Positions 53,840 to 63,847 of a stretch of DNA of 64,000 nucleotides are shown piece after piece. Made by a program: the position numbers and the translations under genes. Location: contig JAQBUT010000007.1 of NCBI GenBank assembly GCA_027623195.1, forward strand, positions 33,757-97,756, read 5' to 3'. The stretch comes from Chloroflexota bacterium. GTDB taxonomy: Bacteria > Chloroflexota > Dehalococcoidia > Lucifugimonadales > JADFKI01. A model generated the notes under the pieces. It had not been told where the DNA came from. It searched no databases and saw only the letters and a list, made by a program, of their open reading frames with translations. The first letter of the stretch is position 1, and the number at the start of each line of letters is the position of its first letter.

Positions 53840-55054
53840 ATGCCGTCTTTCTTAAACAGTGAGGCCCCGATCGCAGGCGACTTTAAAAGCACTGGCGGCG
53901 GAATCGCCACCATATCCTCGCGCCACCACGACCTCGATGCACTCCGCGCTATTGTCATGCTTTTGGGCATTGTTTTGCACGCATCCTACGCCTTTACGGC
54001 TGGAACTTGGGCTGTGCAAGACGTCCGACAAAATGACGCATTCAGTTTAATCAACATCGCGATTCATGGCTTCCGCATGCCGCTCTTTTTCGTGATGAGT
54101 GGCTTCTTCACCGCGATGTTATGGAGAAAGCGGGGCTTGAGAGCGCTGGTTCAGCACCGTTTCCGCCGTGTCTTTCTGCCGCTCCTCTTGGGCGTATTCA
54201 CCATTATTCCGCTAACTCGTTTTGTCTGGGATTTTGCGGCCGCATCCGCGACCGACATCAGCGCAAAAGCAGGCATTGTCGCTTTCATAAACGATTTCAG
54301 TTTCACTCACCTCTGGTTCTTGTGGCAATTGTGTCTGCTGGTAGCAGGATTTGCCATAATCGCCTGGCTTATTGATCACTTCAGCTTCCCGCGACTGCCC
54401 AACTGGGTGGTACTATCGCCCGTCCGCTATTTGTGGCTCGTTCCATTGACGATGATTCCACAAGCCTTCATGAAAGATGCCTCGATGGCGGAGTTTGGTC
54501 CCGACACATCGATCGGACTCTTTCCCGCCCCGTCTATCCTTGCGTTCTATTGCATCTTCTTCTGCTTCGGCGCACTTTATTATGATTACGACGACCCAGA
54601 GGGACGTATCAGCCATGGGTGGAAGATGGCATTGCCATTAGGTCTGTTCGTACTATTTCCACTCGGTGTAGCCATCATTTATTTCATCGAAGACTATCCA
54701 TTGCTAGGCAATTTCGTACAGGCGGCGTTCGCATGGGTTATGGTGTTTGGCCTAATGGGATTATTCCACAAATTCTTTAGTGGCGAAAATAATACGATGC
54801 GCTACGTATCAGACTCATCCTACTGGGTCTATCTGGCGCATTTGCCGCTGATTATCATGGCCCAATATGTCATCTCGGAATGGCCAATACCGGCGGTCGT
54901 AAAATTTACACTCATCTGTGTCGTCGTTACCGGCTTTTTACTCTATACGTATCACTTTTTAGTCCGTTACACCTGGATGGGGACCTTTTTGAACGGCTCT
55001 CGCAAACGCCCAGAGGAAGAGCCCGCACAATCGCTAGCCCAGGGCGCTGATTGA
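53840..55054 (+). CDS. acyltransferase 3 family protein (OpgC/MdoC-like)
   Basis: DLDALRA..LGIVLH, IHGFRMPLFF..SGFF, HLWFL, SDSSYWVYLAH; start uncertain. Confidence 0.88.
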   Translation: MPSFLNSEAPIAGDFKSTGGGIATISSRHHDLDALRAIVMLLGIVLHASYAFTAGTWAVQDVRQNDAFSLINIAIHGFRMPLFFVMSGFFTAMLWRKRGLRALVQHRFRRVFLPLLLGVFTIIPLTRFVWDFAAASATDISAKAGIVAFINDFSFTHLWFLWQLCLLVAGFAIIAWLIDHFSFPRLPNWVVLSPVRYLWLVPLTMIPQAFMKDASMAEFGPDTSIGLFPAPSILAFYCIFFCFGALYYDYDDPEGRISHGWKMALPLGLFVLFPLGVAIIYFIEDYPLLGNFVQAAFAWVMVFGLMGLFHKFFSGENNTMRYVSDSSYWVYLAHLPLIIMAQYVISEWPIPAVVKFTLICVVVTGFLLYTYHFLVRYTWMGTFLNGSRKRPEEEPAQSLAQGAD

Positions 55055-55222
55055 TAGGGTTTTTGTATCAGGTCTGAGCCACTACCGGCCAACCATAAGC
55101 TCGGACGTATATCCTCTTGCTCCGTAAGCTGGAGGACTAGAGCAAGGCCTTGGATCCCGAACTGAGGGCTGTTTCAAACCAATATGGCGCGATAGTGGGG
55201 CAAGATCGCTGTATGAACAAAT

Positions 55223-55260
55223 AAAGGGGGCTTAGGTGAAATACCCTAAGCCCCTTTGTT
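55223..55260. terminator. terminator between acyltransferase and tRNA-Arg
   Basis: AAAGGGGGCTTAGG-loop-CCTAAGCCCCTTT. Confidence 0.75.
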
Positions 55261-55275
55261 ATGCGGTTGGATTGC

Positions 55276-55350
55276 TGGTGCCCCTGCCGGGACTCGAACC
55301 CGGGCACATGGTTTAGGAAACCAATGCTCTATCCACTGAGCTACAGAGGC
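55276..55350 (-). tRNA. tRNA-Arg(CCT)
   Basis: GCCTCTG/CAGGGGC acceptor stem, TTCCTAA anticodon loop, GGTTCGAGTCC, encoded CCA. Confidence 0.95.
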
Positions 55351-55438
55351 ACACCACAGACAATTGTACTATGGCTTCGAGACGGTTTCCATATGATCGC
55401 AAATTCAAATCATGGCTCACTGTTTCTCCCAAAAGGAC

Positions 55439-55481
55439 AAAAAAAGCCCCCACTTGCTTGGTCGAGCTGTGGGGGCCTTTT
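55439..55481. terminator. bidirectional terminator-like hairpin
   Basis: A run-GCCCCCAC-loop-GTGGGGGC-CTTTT. Confidence 0.65.
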
Positions 55482-55634
55482 CATTGGAGGAGGATATGAC
55501 CTTGATTAGTATTAGAATACTCCTTTCCTGTGAATTTCACGGCGGAAGAATTGTGACAAGTTGTGAATATTTCATTCATACAAATAATCCCGTTTTATTG
55601 AACAAAGTTCAAGCAAGATTGCCTGGATTTGCCG

Positions 55635-55663
55635 TTGACTTGGCGCTTCCTGTATAGCAGAAT
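55635..55663 (+). promoter_or_regulatory. sigma70-type promoter
   Basis: TTGACT-17 bp-CAGAAT upstream of 55716. Confidence 0.5.
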
Positions 55664-55715
55664 GAGCCACCACGGTTCGGCCCGCTAATTAAAGGGTCTG
55701 TAAGGAGCGCATGCG

Positions 55716-56003
55716 ATGGCCGGCATTTACACCGACCACGATAACGAACCCATTTCCGCCTACCTCGATAGTCTGAGAAAGCTCGCCCACCGCTTTATAG
55801 TGGAAGGCAAGCCTCTAGACCGCGGTGACACATTCCGCAAGGAAATTGCTATGCGACGCTTCTCCGAGCTAGGGGGTGCCTGCCGCATGAGCGAGCGAGA
55901 GATGGTGTCGCTTATGCTGCGTGGCGTTCTTAACGACGAACCGTCGTGCTGGTGCTCCAAGTGCCGTGCTGCTTACATTGATGGCTCTGACTCAGAGGAC
56001 TAA
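55716..56003 (+). CDS. hypothetical protein with C-terminal CxCxxC
   Basis: AAGGAG RBS, own promoter, CWCSKC. Confidence 0.6.
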   Translation: MAGIYTDHDNEPISAYLDSLRKLAHRFIVEGKPLDRGDTFRKEIAMRRFSELGGACRMSEREMVSLMLRGVLNDEPSCWCSKCRAAYIDGSDSED

Positions 56004-56032
56004 CCTCAACCGCGACGTAGGCCGACCCTGGT

Positions 56033-57412
56033 TTAGACCAGTGGCCACTTCGAGGGGAAGGACACGCCTGTACGAGCCAGCAACCCCTCCCCAAGCTCCT
56101 GCACCTTCTGGATCAGCTCCCACTCGTCCACGAACAGTGGTTTGTGATCCTCAACCACAACCCGTCCATCCACGATAACGGTGTGAACGCTTCTGCCATC
56201 GGCGTTGTACACAAGGTTATTGATGGGATTGAACAGAGTCCTCCACTCGGGCCGCTTGGTATCGAATAGCACGAGGTCCGCCCTCTTGCCCTCCTCAATA
56301 GACCCGATCTCCGAGTCCAGGCCTAACGCTTTCGCACCCTGTATCGTCGCCATCTCCACTGCGGTCTCAGGCGGGATCATGCTTACATCCCTACGACCCT
56401 CTTTGTAGATTAGCGACACCAGATACATGGAGCGAAGAGTCTCAACCAGATTGGAGTTGTTGCCCGCGTCTGTGCCAAGGCCAACGGTTACACCTTTTTC
56501 CAGCATCTCCGGCAGCTTGCCGTAGGTCGTAACGCCGGTGGCCTGCTTGAGCGACTGCGTAGGACACATGATGGCTCGAGTATCCGTTCTGGCCAGGATA
56601 TCCACCTCGTTATCGTCGAGCTCGATTACGTGGGCCAGCAGAACGTTTGGGCCGAGGACGCCGATGTCTTCCAGGTACTGTACGGGTCGCATGCCGAACT
56701 TTTGCTGATGAACCGCAACTGAAGCCGGAGCGTTGGCCTGGTGCAGGTTCATCCCGGTGCCATACTCATCGGCCAGACGCTTGGCCGATACCAGAAGCTC
56801 CTCCGTGGAGAAGTCAGCCGAGAAAGGCATTGCCCATGCCCGGACTCTGCCGTCTAGCCTGCCATCGTAATCGCGAATCGTCCGCTCCATGATGGCCACT
56901 GCCTCGGAGGTCTGATACACCGGGACGTTAACCGGGTTCGGCAGATCAGAGACATGAGCGCCGGTGATAATGCGGCAACCGGCCTTTTGGTAGACATCCA
57001 TACAAGCGTCTAGGTACTTTGTGCTGCCGGGATCCATGAAACAGGTTGTGCCGTACTTCAGAAGCTCTGTAATGCCCAAAAGAGAGGTGTAATACTCCTC
57101 CTCCTCGTTCATAGCGGACTGCAGCTTGAAAACGTTGGGCAGGTAGTCAGACCCCAGGTCGTCTGGGAAGATGCCGCGAGTGGCGTGGGCGTAGCTTATG
57201 TGCATATGGCCGTTGCAGAATCCCGGCGTCACGACCATCTCCGAGGCGTCTATCACACGGTCCGCGGACACGTCCTCCATGTCGGAGGCTTTGCCTATCT
57301 GGACGATTCTCTGGCCGTCCAGCAGTATGGAGCCGTTCTCGATGATGCGCCGCTGCGGGTCCACTGTAACGATATATCTTGCCCCGTGTATCTTTAGCGT
57401 ACCGTCCGGCAT
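56033..57412 (-). CDS. amidohydrolase, MTA/SAH deaminase-like family
   Basis: PGFCNGHMH, LLAH, GLGTD, GKRADL; GGAGG RBS. Confidence 0.9.
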   Translation of the reverse strand: MPDGTLKIHGARYIVTVDPQRRIIENGSILLDGQRIVQIGKASDMEDVSADRVIDASEMVVTPGFCNGHMHISYAHATRGIFPDDLGSDYLPNVFKLQSAMNEEEEYYTSLLGITELLKYGTTCFMDPGSTKYLDACMDVYQKAGCRIITGAHVSDLPNPVNVPVYQTSEAVAIMERTIRDYDGRLDGRVRAWAMPFSADFSTEELLVSAKRLADEYGTGMNLHQANAPASVAVHQQKFGMRPVQYLEDIGVLGPNVLLAHVIELDDNEVDILARTDTRAIMCPTQSLKQATGVTTYGKLPEMLEKGVTVGLGTDAGNNSNLVETLRSMYLVSLIYKEGRRDVSMIPPETAVEMATIQGAKALGLDSEIGSIEEGKRADLVLFDTKRPEWRTLFNPINNLVYNADGRSVHTVIVDGRVVVEDHKPLFVDEWELIQKVQELGEGLLARTGVSFPSKWPLV

Positions 57413-57581
57413 GTGCACGACCTCCAGGCGTCTACTTTCGATAAAGCTCGGAATATTGTAATGCCCGCAGCACAAGTGGCATAGGGTTGGGTAGAAGCGC
57501 GAGGTTGATGATACAAAGACAGTGGAACGAGAAGGCCAACAATGAATTGGCTGCCAGAGAAAATCTACCAGCTACAACGAA

Positions 57582-58352
57582 CTACGACCGGGCATTGGAA
57601 ATGAGGTTCATGAACTCGGCGCTTTTAAGGTCGCGCTCGACGAGGTAGCGTATGTAAACGCGAATGAGCCGCTCCAAGACCGCTAGCTGATCAGGCGGGA
57701 CGCTGAGAACGTCGATATTGGCAAAGCCTTTCTCCCGTTGCAGAAACCTGAGCACCTTCATGGAGTTCAGGGATATGGGGATCAGCGAGTCTTCGGAATC
57801 GACGCGGCACTCCGGACAGAGAACGCCACCGGAGCCGCCAGCGAAGAAGTGATCGCCGGGTTCCAGCCACGCTCGACACTCCACGCAGTTCACCAGTTCA
57901 GGCCTGTACCCGGAGTGCTCTAACAGGTGCAACTCAAAGTAACGCAGCAACAGCTTGGTGTTATCGGTGCGCTCCAACCAACCAAGGGAGTCTACCAGCA
58001 AGAGGTATAGCTGATAGTTGTCCGAGTTCTCTATTGAAAATCCGTCCACCAACTCCGCCATGTATATGGCCTTGGAGATACGTTGAAGGTCCTCGCGGAT
58101 ACCACGGAAGCTTCGTATGCTCTGCGCCTCGTTAATGGTATCCAGATTGCGTCCGTACGACAGCGATACACTAGCCTGATTTAAAAGCTCAAGATGGCCG
58201 GATAGCTTGCTCTTGGGACGGCGCACTCCCCTGGCCACGGCGCGCACCTTTCCCATATCCGGCGTATAAAGCGTGAGAATGCGATCAGCCTCACTCAGGG
58301 AGAGCTGCTTAAGGACAATGCATTCGGTCTTGTACGTGCGAGGTCGAGACAT
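57582..58352 (-). CDS. recO: DNA repair protein RecO
   Basis: EADRILTLYT..GKV.AVARGVRRPKSK, CVEC..CPEC. Confidence 0.95.
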   Translation of the reverse strand: MSRPRTYKTECIVLKQLSLSEADRILTLYTPDMGKVRAVARGVRRPKSKLSGHLELLNQASVSLSYGRNLDTINEAQSIRSFRGIREDLQRISKAIYMAELVDGFSIENSDNYQLYLLLVDSLGWLERTDNTKLLLRYFELHLLEHSGYRPELVNCVECRAWLEPGDHFFAGGSGGVLCPECRVDSEDSLIPISLNSMKVLRFLQREKGFANIDVLSVPPDQLAVLERLIRVYIRYLVERDLKSAEFMNLISNARS

Positions 58353-58440
58353 CGCGGAGTTGTCAGCTTTCAGGTGTCAGCAGTAAAAGATTGGCATTTG
58401 AATCCGACCAACAAGAGAGTCTGCCTAAAATTCAAAAACT

Positions 58441-59055
58441 CTAGAAGTCTTGGCGGCCCTCGATGGCGCGGCTGAGGGTCAACTCGTCGGCGTACTCCAA
58501 GTCGCCGCCTACCGGGAGACCTCGAGCGGGTCGTGTTATGCGGATGCCCAGCGGCGAGATGAGCTTGTGGACGTACATAGACGTCGCTTCGCCCTCCAGA
58601 TTCGGGTTGGTGGCGAGAATGATCTCCTCCACCTGCGAGTCGCCCTTCAGACGCTCTAGCAGAGGATGAATACGCAAATCGTCAGGCCCCACGCCGTTCA
58701 TGGGCGATATCACGCCGTGCAGCACGTGGTAAAGACCCTTGAAGCTGCGCGTGCGCTCCAAAGCCTGAACATCCAACGCCTCTTCTACGACGCAAATGCG
58801 CGTCTGATCACGATTGACGTTGGTGCAGATATCGCAGGGGTTGATCTCAGTGATGTTGTAGCACGTTGTGCAGAGAATGATGCGCTCTTTAACGGCAATA
58901 ATGGCTTCAGCCAGAGAACGGGCGTCCTCCTCGGGCATGCGTATCAGGAAATAAGTAAGGCGCTGGGCCGTCTTTGGGCCAATACCTGGCAACTTGTTGA
59001 ACTCGTCGGCCAGCCTGCTAACAGGCGCAGCCCCCGACGATCCTTCATTGGTCAT
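58441..59055 (-). CDS. recR: recombination mediator RecR
   Basis: LPGIGPKTAQRL, C4 finger, YHVLHG, ATNPNLEGEAT, GGDLEYAD. Confidence 0.97.
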   Translation of the reverse strand: MTNEGSSGAAPVSRLADEFNKLPGIGPKTAQRLTYFLIRMPEEDARSLAEAIIAVKERIILCTTCYNITEINPCDICTNVNRDQTRICVVEEALDVQALERTRSFKGLYHVLHGVISPMNGVGPDDLRIHPLLERLKGDSQVEEIILATNPNLEGEATSMYVHKLISPLGIRITRPARGLPVGGDLEYADELTLSRAIEGRQDF

Positions 59056-59148
59056 ATTTGGATAAGTCCATTCATCGCGGTTGAATGCACCGGGCGCCTG
59101 TCTTCCTGCATATTGACAGCAAAGCGGTGCCAGTGAATCCGAAAGAAT

Positions 59149-59457
59149 CTACATCAAGCCCGGGATATTAAGACCGCCTGTTAGGGCCCCCATGCGCTCC
59201 GATGCCATGGTCTGGGCCTTCTCCAGACCCTCATTGACGGCAGCAAGCACCAGGTCTTGCAGCATCTCCACATCGTCCGGCGAAACTGCGTCTGGCTCGA
59301 TGACGATGGACTCCAACTTCATCTTGCCGCTGACGACAACCTTCACGACTCCACCACCCACGCTTGCTTCAACAGTAGCCTCTTCCAACTCCTGCTGCAT
59401 TTTAAGCATGTTCTTCTGAAGCTCTTGGGCCTGCTTCATCATCTTCCGATTCATCAT
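59149..59457 (-). CDS. ybaB: YbaB/EbfC nucleoid-associated protein
   Basis: MKQAQ, GGGVVKV, DVEMLQDLVLAAVN; dnaX-ybaB-recR synteny. Confidence 0.95.
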   Translation of the reverse strand: MMNRKMMKQAQELQKNMLKMQQELEEATVEASVGGGVVKVVVSGKMKLESIVIEPDAVSPDDVEMLQDLVLAAVNEGLEKAQTMASERMGALTGGLNIPGLM

Positions 59458-61118
59458 GACGTTTCTTCCTCCTTTTCGGCTAGGACGCGGGCTCCCATGG
59501 ATTGCGCGGCACGTACCAGAGGGCTCTTTTGGGAGGCTCCCTGCATTGTGCCGCCACCGCTACCGTTCGCCACTGTCAGACGTACCTCATAAGCCTTATC
59601 CATTGCTTTAACCATAACATCGTTAAACGCCCTGCGGCACTCGGGGTTTTCCAACTCCTGCTGCATGCGCTCCATGTTGGACTTATGAGTGAATTTAAGG
59701 ACTATTGTACCATCTACAACGTCTCGTTCCTTGCACACATTAAGCAACGCTCCAAGCTTAAACTTGCTTCCTACGTGCCTTAGAGACCTGGTTATATCTC
59801 GCCACTGATATTCCAACCTGGCCGCGGGCTCTGATGGCACTTCGCCGTTATTGGAGAACGCAGGCTCCGGGGCCGGGGCTGGCGGCTGAGACGCGGGGGG
59901 AGCTGTCATTTCCTGTCGAGGACCGGGCGAGGCGGGTTGGTAGGCCGGTGCAGGGCGAGGTTGCGGGGCATTTGCCCGAGGAGGGGCTGCTGCAACAGGA
60001 CGCTGTACCGGGCGTTGCACTACGGGAACGGGAGCGAGAACGGGCGCAGGAGCGCTGGCCGACTCCACCATTGCCAACTCCAAAGGCAGAGGAGATGAGG
60101 TATCCCGGCGGAGGTCCGCGCTGGCGAATAGCTTCAGCGCCGACACCAGATGCGCCATGTCGGCTCCGCCTGTAAGGCTCTCCAACCGCGATAAAACATC
60201 TTCCGTGTATCCCAGGTCAGTCCCAGCCCTGGTCTTTAGCAAAAGCACTGCCCTCAGGTACTCCACCACGCCGCGATGCAGTTGCCGTAGGTCGTTGCCC
60301 TGGCTGGACACCTGGTTGATGGTGGAAATGCCTTCGGCAATGGACTTACCGATAATGTGCTCCACAAGGTCCAGCGCCATCTCGTCACCACCAAGACCTA
60401 GCAAGTCCCGGACGTTTTCCTCCGTTACGGGCGGGTCGTAAGAAACCACCACCTGTTCCAGCAGGTTTTCAGCGTCCCTAAGTCCTCCATTAGAGTTTCG
60501 GGCTATCAGCCGAAGCGCATCTTCTGAGACCTCGACGCCTTCCTCTTGCGAAATATGGGCGAGCTTCCCCACCATGCGGTCCAGAGGAATGCGCCGAAAG
60601 TCGAACCGCTGACACCTCGATATGATAGTCAACGGAACCTTATGAGCCTCTGTAGTGGCAAGAATGAAAATGGCATGGGCCGGAGGCTCTTCCAGGGTCT
60701 TTAGCAGGGCGTTGAAGGCAGGCTCGGTGAGCATGTGCACTTCGTCGATAATGTAGACCTTGTATCGGGCCTCGTTGGGTGAAAAGCGAATCTTGTCGCT
60801 AAGGTTTCGAATGTCATCGATGCCACGGTTGCTGGCGGCGTCTATCTCGATAAGGTCCAGGGCGCGACCTTCGTTTATGGACTGGCATATGGCGCATTCG
60901 TTGTCCGGTTCGCCATCGACTGGGGAAAGGCAGTTAACGGCCTTGGCCAGTATTCTGGCTGTGCTGGTCTTACCCGTGCCGCGGCTGCCGCAGAACAGGT
61001 AGGCATGTGCAACACGGCCCAGAGTTACGGCCTGGCGAAGCGTCTTGGTCACAGGCTCTTGGCCCACCACATCGCTCAGCATCTTGGGACGCCATTTGCG
61101 GTAGAAGACTTCACTCAT
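59454..61118 (-). CDS. dnaX: DNA polymerase III subunit gamma/tau
   Basis: YRKWRP, GSRGTGKT, EIDAASNRG, IDEVHML, LKTLEEPP, SRCQ. Confidence 0.97.
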   Translation of the reverse strand: MSEVFYRKWRPKMLSDVVGQEPVTKTLRQAVTLGRVAHAYLFCGSRGTGKTSTARILAKAVNCLSPVDGEPDNECAICQSINEGRALDLIEIDAASNRGIDDIRNLSDKIRFSPNEARYKVYIIDEVHMLTEPAFNALLKTLEEPPAHAIFILATTEAHKVPLTIISRCQRFDFRRIPLDRMVGKLAHISQEEGVEVSEDALRLIARNSNGGLRDAENLLEQVVVSYDPPVTEENVRDLLGLGGDEMALDLVEHIIGKSIAEGISTINQVSSQGNDLRQLHRGVVEYLRAVLLLKTRAGTDLGYTEDVLSRLESLTGGADMAHLVSALKLFASADLRRDTSSPLPLELAMVESASAPAPVLAPVPVVQRPVQRPVAAAPPRANAPQPRPAPAYQPASPGPRQEMTAPPASQPPAPAPEPAFSNNGEVPSEPAARLEYQWRDITRSLRHVGSKFKLGALLNVCKERDVVDGTIVLKFTHKSNMERMQQELENPECRRAFNDVMVKAMDKAYEVRLTVANGSGGGTMQGASQKSPLVRAAQSMGARVLAEKEEETS

Positions 61119-61629
61119 TGAGGGCACCCAATGCCTCGGCCAGAATAGCCGTCTCCTTGGCCGCCATTACCTCTTGTTCAGCGTCTACCATGTGATCGTG
61201 GCCTAACAGGTGCAATATGCCATGCGTGGTCAGATGAGCCAGCTCATCATTTACGTCACGGCCAGCCTCAGTTGCCTGGCGCAACGCCTGAGGGTAGGAG
61301 ATTATGACCTCTCCCAGCCCGACATCCACGGAGGTTGGCAAGATGAACTCCACGTCCTCGGTCCAATCGCTTGGCGGGGAGCCTTCGCCGTAGTACTCAC
61401 CCTGGTTATCGAAGGCGAATGACAGTACGTCTGTGGTCTGGTCAAGCCCTCGATACGTCCTGTTCAGTTCTCTAACAGTGTCATCATCTGCGATAACCAG
61501 ACTTAGGCTACGTTCGATCTGTTCATGCTCCAAGGTTAATTGAGCGACACGCCCAAGAAACCTCTCGGAAACGAGGCCATCGAACTCTTCAAATATCTGA
61601 ACGCTAACACTGTCCATATCGCCCAACAC
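61111..61629 (-). CDS. ybeY: rRNA maturation RNase YbeY
   Basis: LNRTYRG..TDVLSF, HGILHLLGHDH. Confidence 0.95.
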   Translation of the reverse strand: MLGDMDSVSVQIFEEFDGLVSERFLGRVAQLTLEHEQIERSLSLVIADDDTVRELNRTYRGLDQTTDVLSFAFDNQGEYYGEGSPPSDWTEDVEFILPTSVDVGLGEVIISYPQALRQATEAGRDVNDELAHLTTHGILHLLGHDHMVDAEQEVMAAKETAILAEALGALNE

Positions 61630-61886
61630 ATGAATTCAACAAAGGAAATTCGTCTTCATTATACGCGCCCAAGGTGAGCCGCGCCCGCCCATGAAGATGA
61701 ATTTGGTGTTAGATGATGTATCGGGGAGTTATGCCAAATGCTCGGGCGCCGAGTTTGTGGTTCGAGAGTAGCCTATGCTTCATTTGGAGACTCGCCAAAT
61801 AGAAAAACCTATTAGAGCCAGGTCTGAAAACGAGTGCGTCCCAAAGGAGGCCAGGCTTTCAAGCCCGTTGGCCGGAGCAGACTGAC

Positions 61887-62783
61887 TTAATTGCTTTCGC
61901 CGGTACTACCCGGGCCTCTAATACCGGCTGGGGTCTGCAAAAACTGGAATAGTTCGGAGTCAGCCGGTAATACGAGTGTCGTAGTATTTCCGGTCAAGAA
62001 CGTTCGATAGGCCTCCAGGCTTCGCTGGAAGGCATAGAATTCCGGGTCCTGCTGCAATGCTTCAGCGAAAATCTTGATCGACGCCGCCTCGCCTTCACCA
62101 CGCGTAATCTGTGCGTCTCGCTCTGCCTCAGCCTTGATGATTGCGGCCAGCCTATCCACCTCGGCCCGTACCTCAGCGTCACGCTCCGCGCCTTCTGCTC
62201 GCTCGCGGTCCGCAATACGCGTTCGTTCGGCCTGCATCCTCGCATAAACACTTTCAGCGATTGTTGCCGGGAAGTCCGCCCTTTTTATACGGAGATCAAC
62301 CAGTTCTATGCCGAAATCCTCCAACTTGGGAGCGACATTATCGCGCACGCGGTTCATGATCTCTTCACGAGTCTCCGCGATGATCTCTATCTGGTTGTCC
62401 TTGGCTATCTCTAGGCGCAATTCCGAAGAGATGATATCGATCGCTCGGGAGGCCGCCCGTGCCTCGGTGAACACAGACTCACGAAAGAGTTGAGGGCTAA
62501 TTATCTTTCCCCTAGCGTATACGTCGATTATCAGCCGTTTCTTATCTTTTGTCAGCATCGGCTCAGACGGCGCATCAAAGACCAACAGCCTCTTTTCGTA
62601 GTACGTCACCTTCTCTACGAAGGGAGTTTTAACGTTCAGTCCCGGATTAACGATAGTAGTCTTCACTTCACCGAAGCGCGTCAGGATGGCCACCTCTGTC
62701 TCGTCAACGACGTAAAACAGCTGCGGACCCACAACGAGGGCTACAACGACAAACAAGACTATTAATCCGGCAAGAATCTTCAT
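61887..62783 (-). CDS. hflC: protease modulator HflC
   Basis: SPFH domain, LTKDKK, IKRADFP, RMQAER, DPEFYAFQRSLEAY. Confidence 0.93.
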   Translation of the reverse strand: MKILAGLIVLFVVVALVVGPQLFYVVDETEVAILTRFGEVKTTIVNPGLNVKTPFVEKVTYYEKRLLVFDAPSEPMLTKDKKRLIIDVYARGKIISPQLFRESVFTEARAASRAIDIISSELRLEIAKDNQIEIIAETREEIMNRVRDNVAPKLEDFGIELVDLRIKRADFPATIAESVYARMQAERTRIADRERAEGAERDAEVRAEVDRLAAIIKAEAERDAQITRGEGEAASIKIFAEALQQDPEFYAFQRSLEAYRTFLTGNTTTLVLPADSELFQFLQTPAGIRGPGSTGESN

Positions 62784-62818
62784 ACTGAATCCCTATACGA
62801 CTTTCATAAATACTTCGA

Positions 62819-63847
62819 TTAATTACCCGGAACGGGGAAAAGGTTGTTGTTCGCGCCTTCACTGGTCAGTGGCAAGAATTGAAGTAGGTTCCCACCACTA
62901 TCAGAGTCAACGATAAATTTCGTTACCCCGGGCAATACGTCTTCCATGGCCTCAAGGTACAGCCTTTGGCGTGTCACCTCTGGGGCTTTTCGATATTCTT
63001 CAAGAACGGTGAGAAAGCGCTCGGCCTGTCCTGTGGCCTCGGCAACTCTGGTTTCTTTGAATGCATTTGCCGATTCTGTAAGGCGGGCCGCCTCGCCTCT
63101 GGCAAGAGGAAGCTGTCCCTCTTTATAGGCATCGGCGAGGTTGATGATACGTTCCTTGTCTTCGCGAGCGCGGACCACATCATCAAATGCGTCCTGCACT
63201 TGCGCCGGTGGGCTTACGTTTAGAAGCTTGACCTCAGTGACCTCAATTCCCGTTTCGTAAAGGTCCAGCAACTCTTGAATTTTCAGCTTTGTGTCCTCTT
63301 GGACGGCCTCTTTCTCGATGGTAAGCACGTCATCAATTGCCCGCTGGCCTACCACTTGGCGAAGTGATGTCTCGGCGACATCCTTTATCGTAATGCCGTC
63401 TGGGTCTACCACACGAAAGAGGTAAAGTTCCAGATCGTCAATCCTGTACTGCACCAGCAATTGAGCGTCCACAATGTTCTGGTCGCCGGTAATCATGAGA
63501 GACTCCTCCGGCACCGGTATAGTGCTTCTGACGCCTACTTCTAGCCTCCGAATTTCGTCCACCGTGACGATGTCTCTGGAGCCTATGGGCGATGGGAAGA
63601 GCCAGTGTAGCCCCGTATCTATAGGAGGGCCTTGATAACGACCAAACATCCGGACTGCAGCTTTCTCACCCGGTTGGACCGTGTAGAAGCCGGAGGCAAG
63701 CCATAGACCTAACAGCACTATGAAGCCGCCAATGATGATATAGGCGAGCCCGTTCCCTCCCCCGCCGCCTTTTAGCTTAGCGATGAAGGTACGCAGCCTC
63801 TCCAGGATCTGATCTAGATTTACCTCGGGCTCATCTTGTTTATACAT
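62819..63847 (-). CDS. hflK: protease modulator HflK
   Basis: MITGDQNIV, PPAQVQDAFDDV, ARGEA, APEVTRQRLYLE. Confidence 0.93.
   Translation of the reverse strand: MYKQDEPEVNLDQILERLRTFIAKLKGGGGGNGLAYIIIGGFIVLLGLWLASGFYTVQPGEKAAVRMFGRYQGPPIDTGLHWLFPSPIGSRDIVTVDEIRRLEVGVRSTIPVPEESLMITGDQNIVDAQLLVQYRIDDLELYLFRVVDPDGITIKDVAETSLRQVVGQRAIDDVLTIEKEAVQEDTKLKIQELLDLYETGIEVTEVKLLNVSPPAQVQDAFDDVVRAREDKERIINLADAYKEGQLPLARGEAARLTESANAFKETRVAEATGQAERFLTVLEEYRKAPEVTRQRLYLEAMEDVLPGVTKFIVDSDSGGNLLQFLPLTSEGANNNLFPVPGN

Noticed and set aside
55550..55580. Rex operator TTGTGAATATTTCAT
   Set aside because: Right half-site and spacing do not fit TTGTGAA-N4-TTCACAA
59454..61118. Programmed dnaX frameshift giving gamma
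   Set aside because: No AAAAAAG slippery site or long A tract noticed on the coding strand
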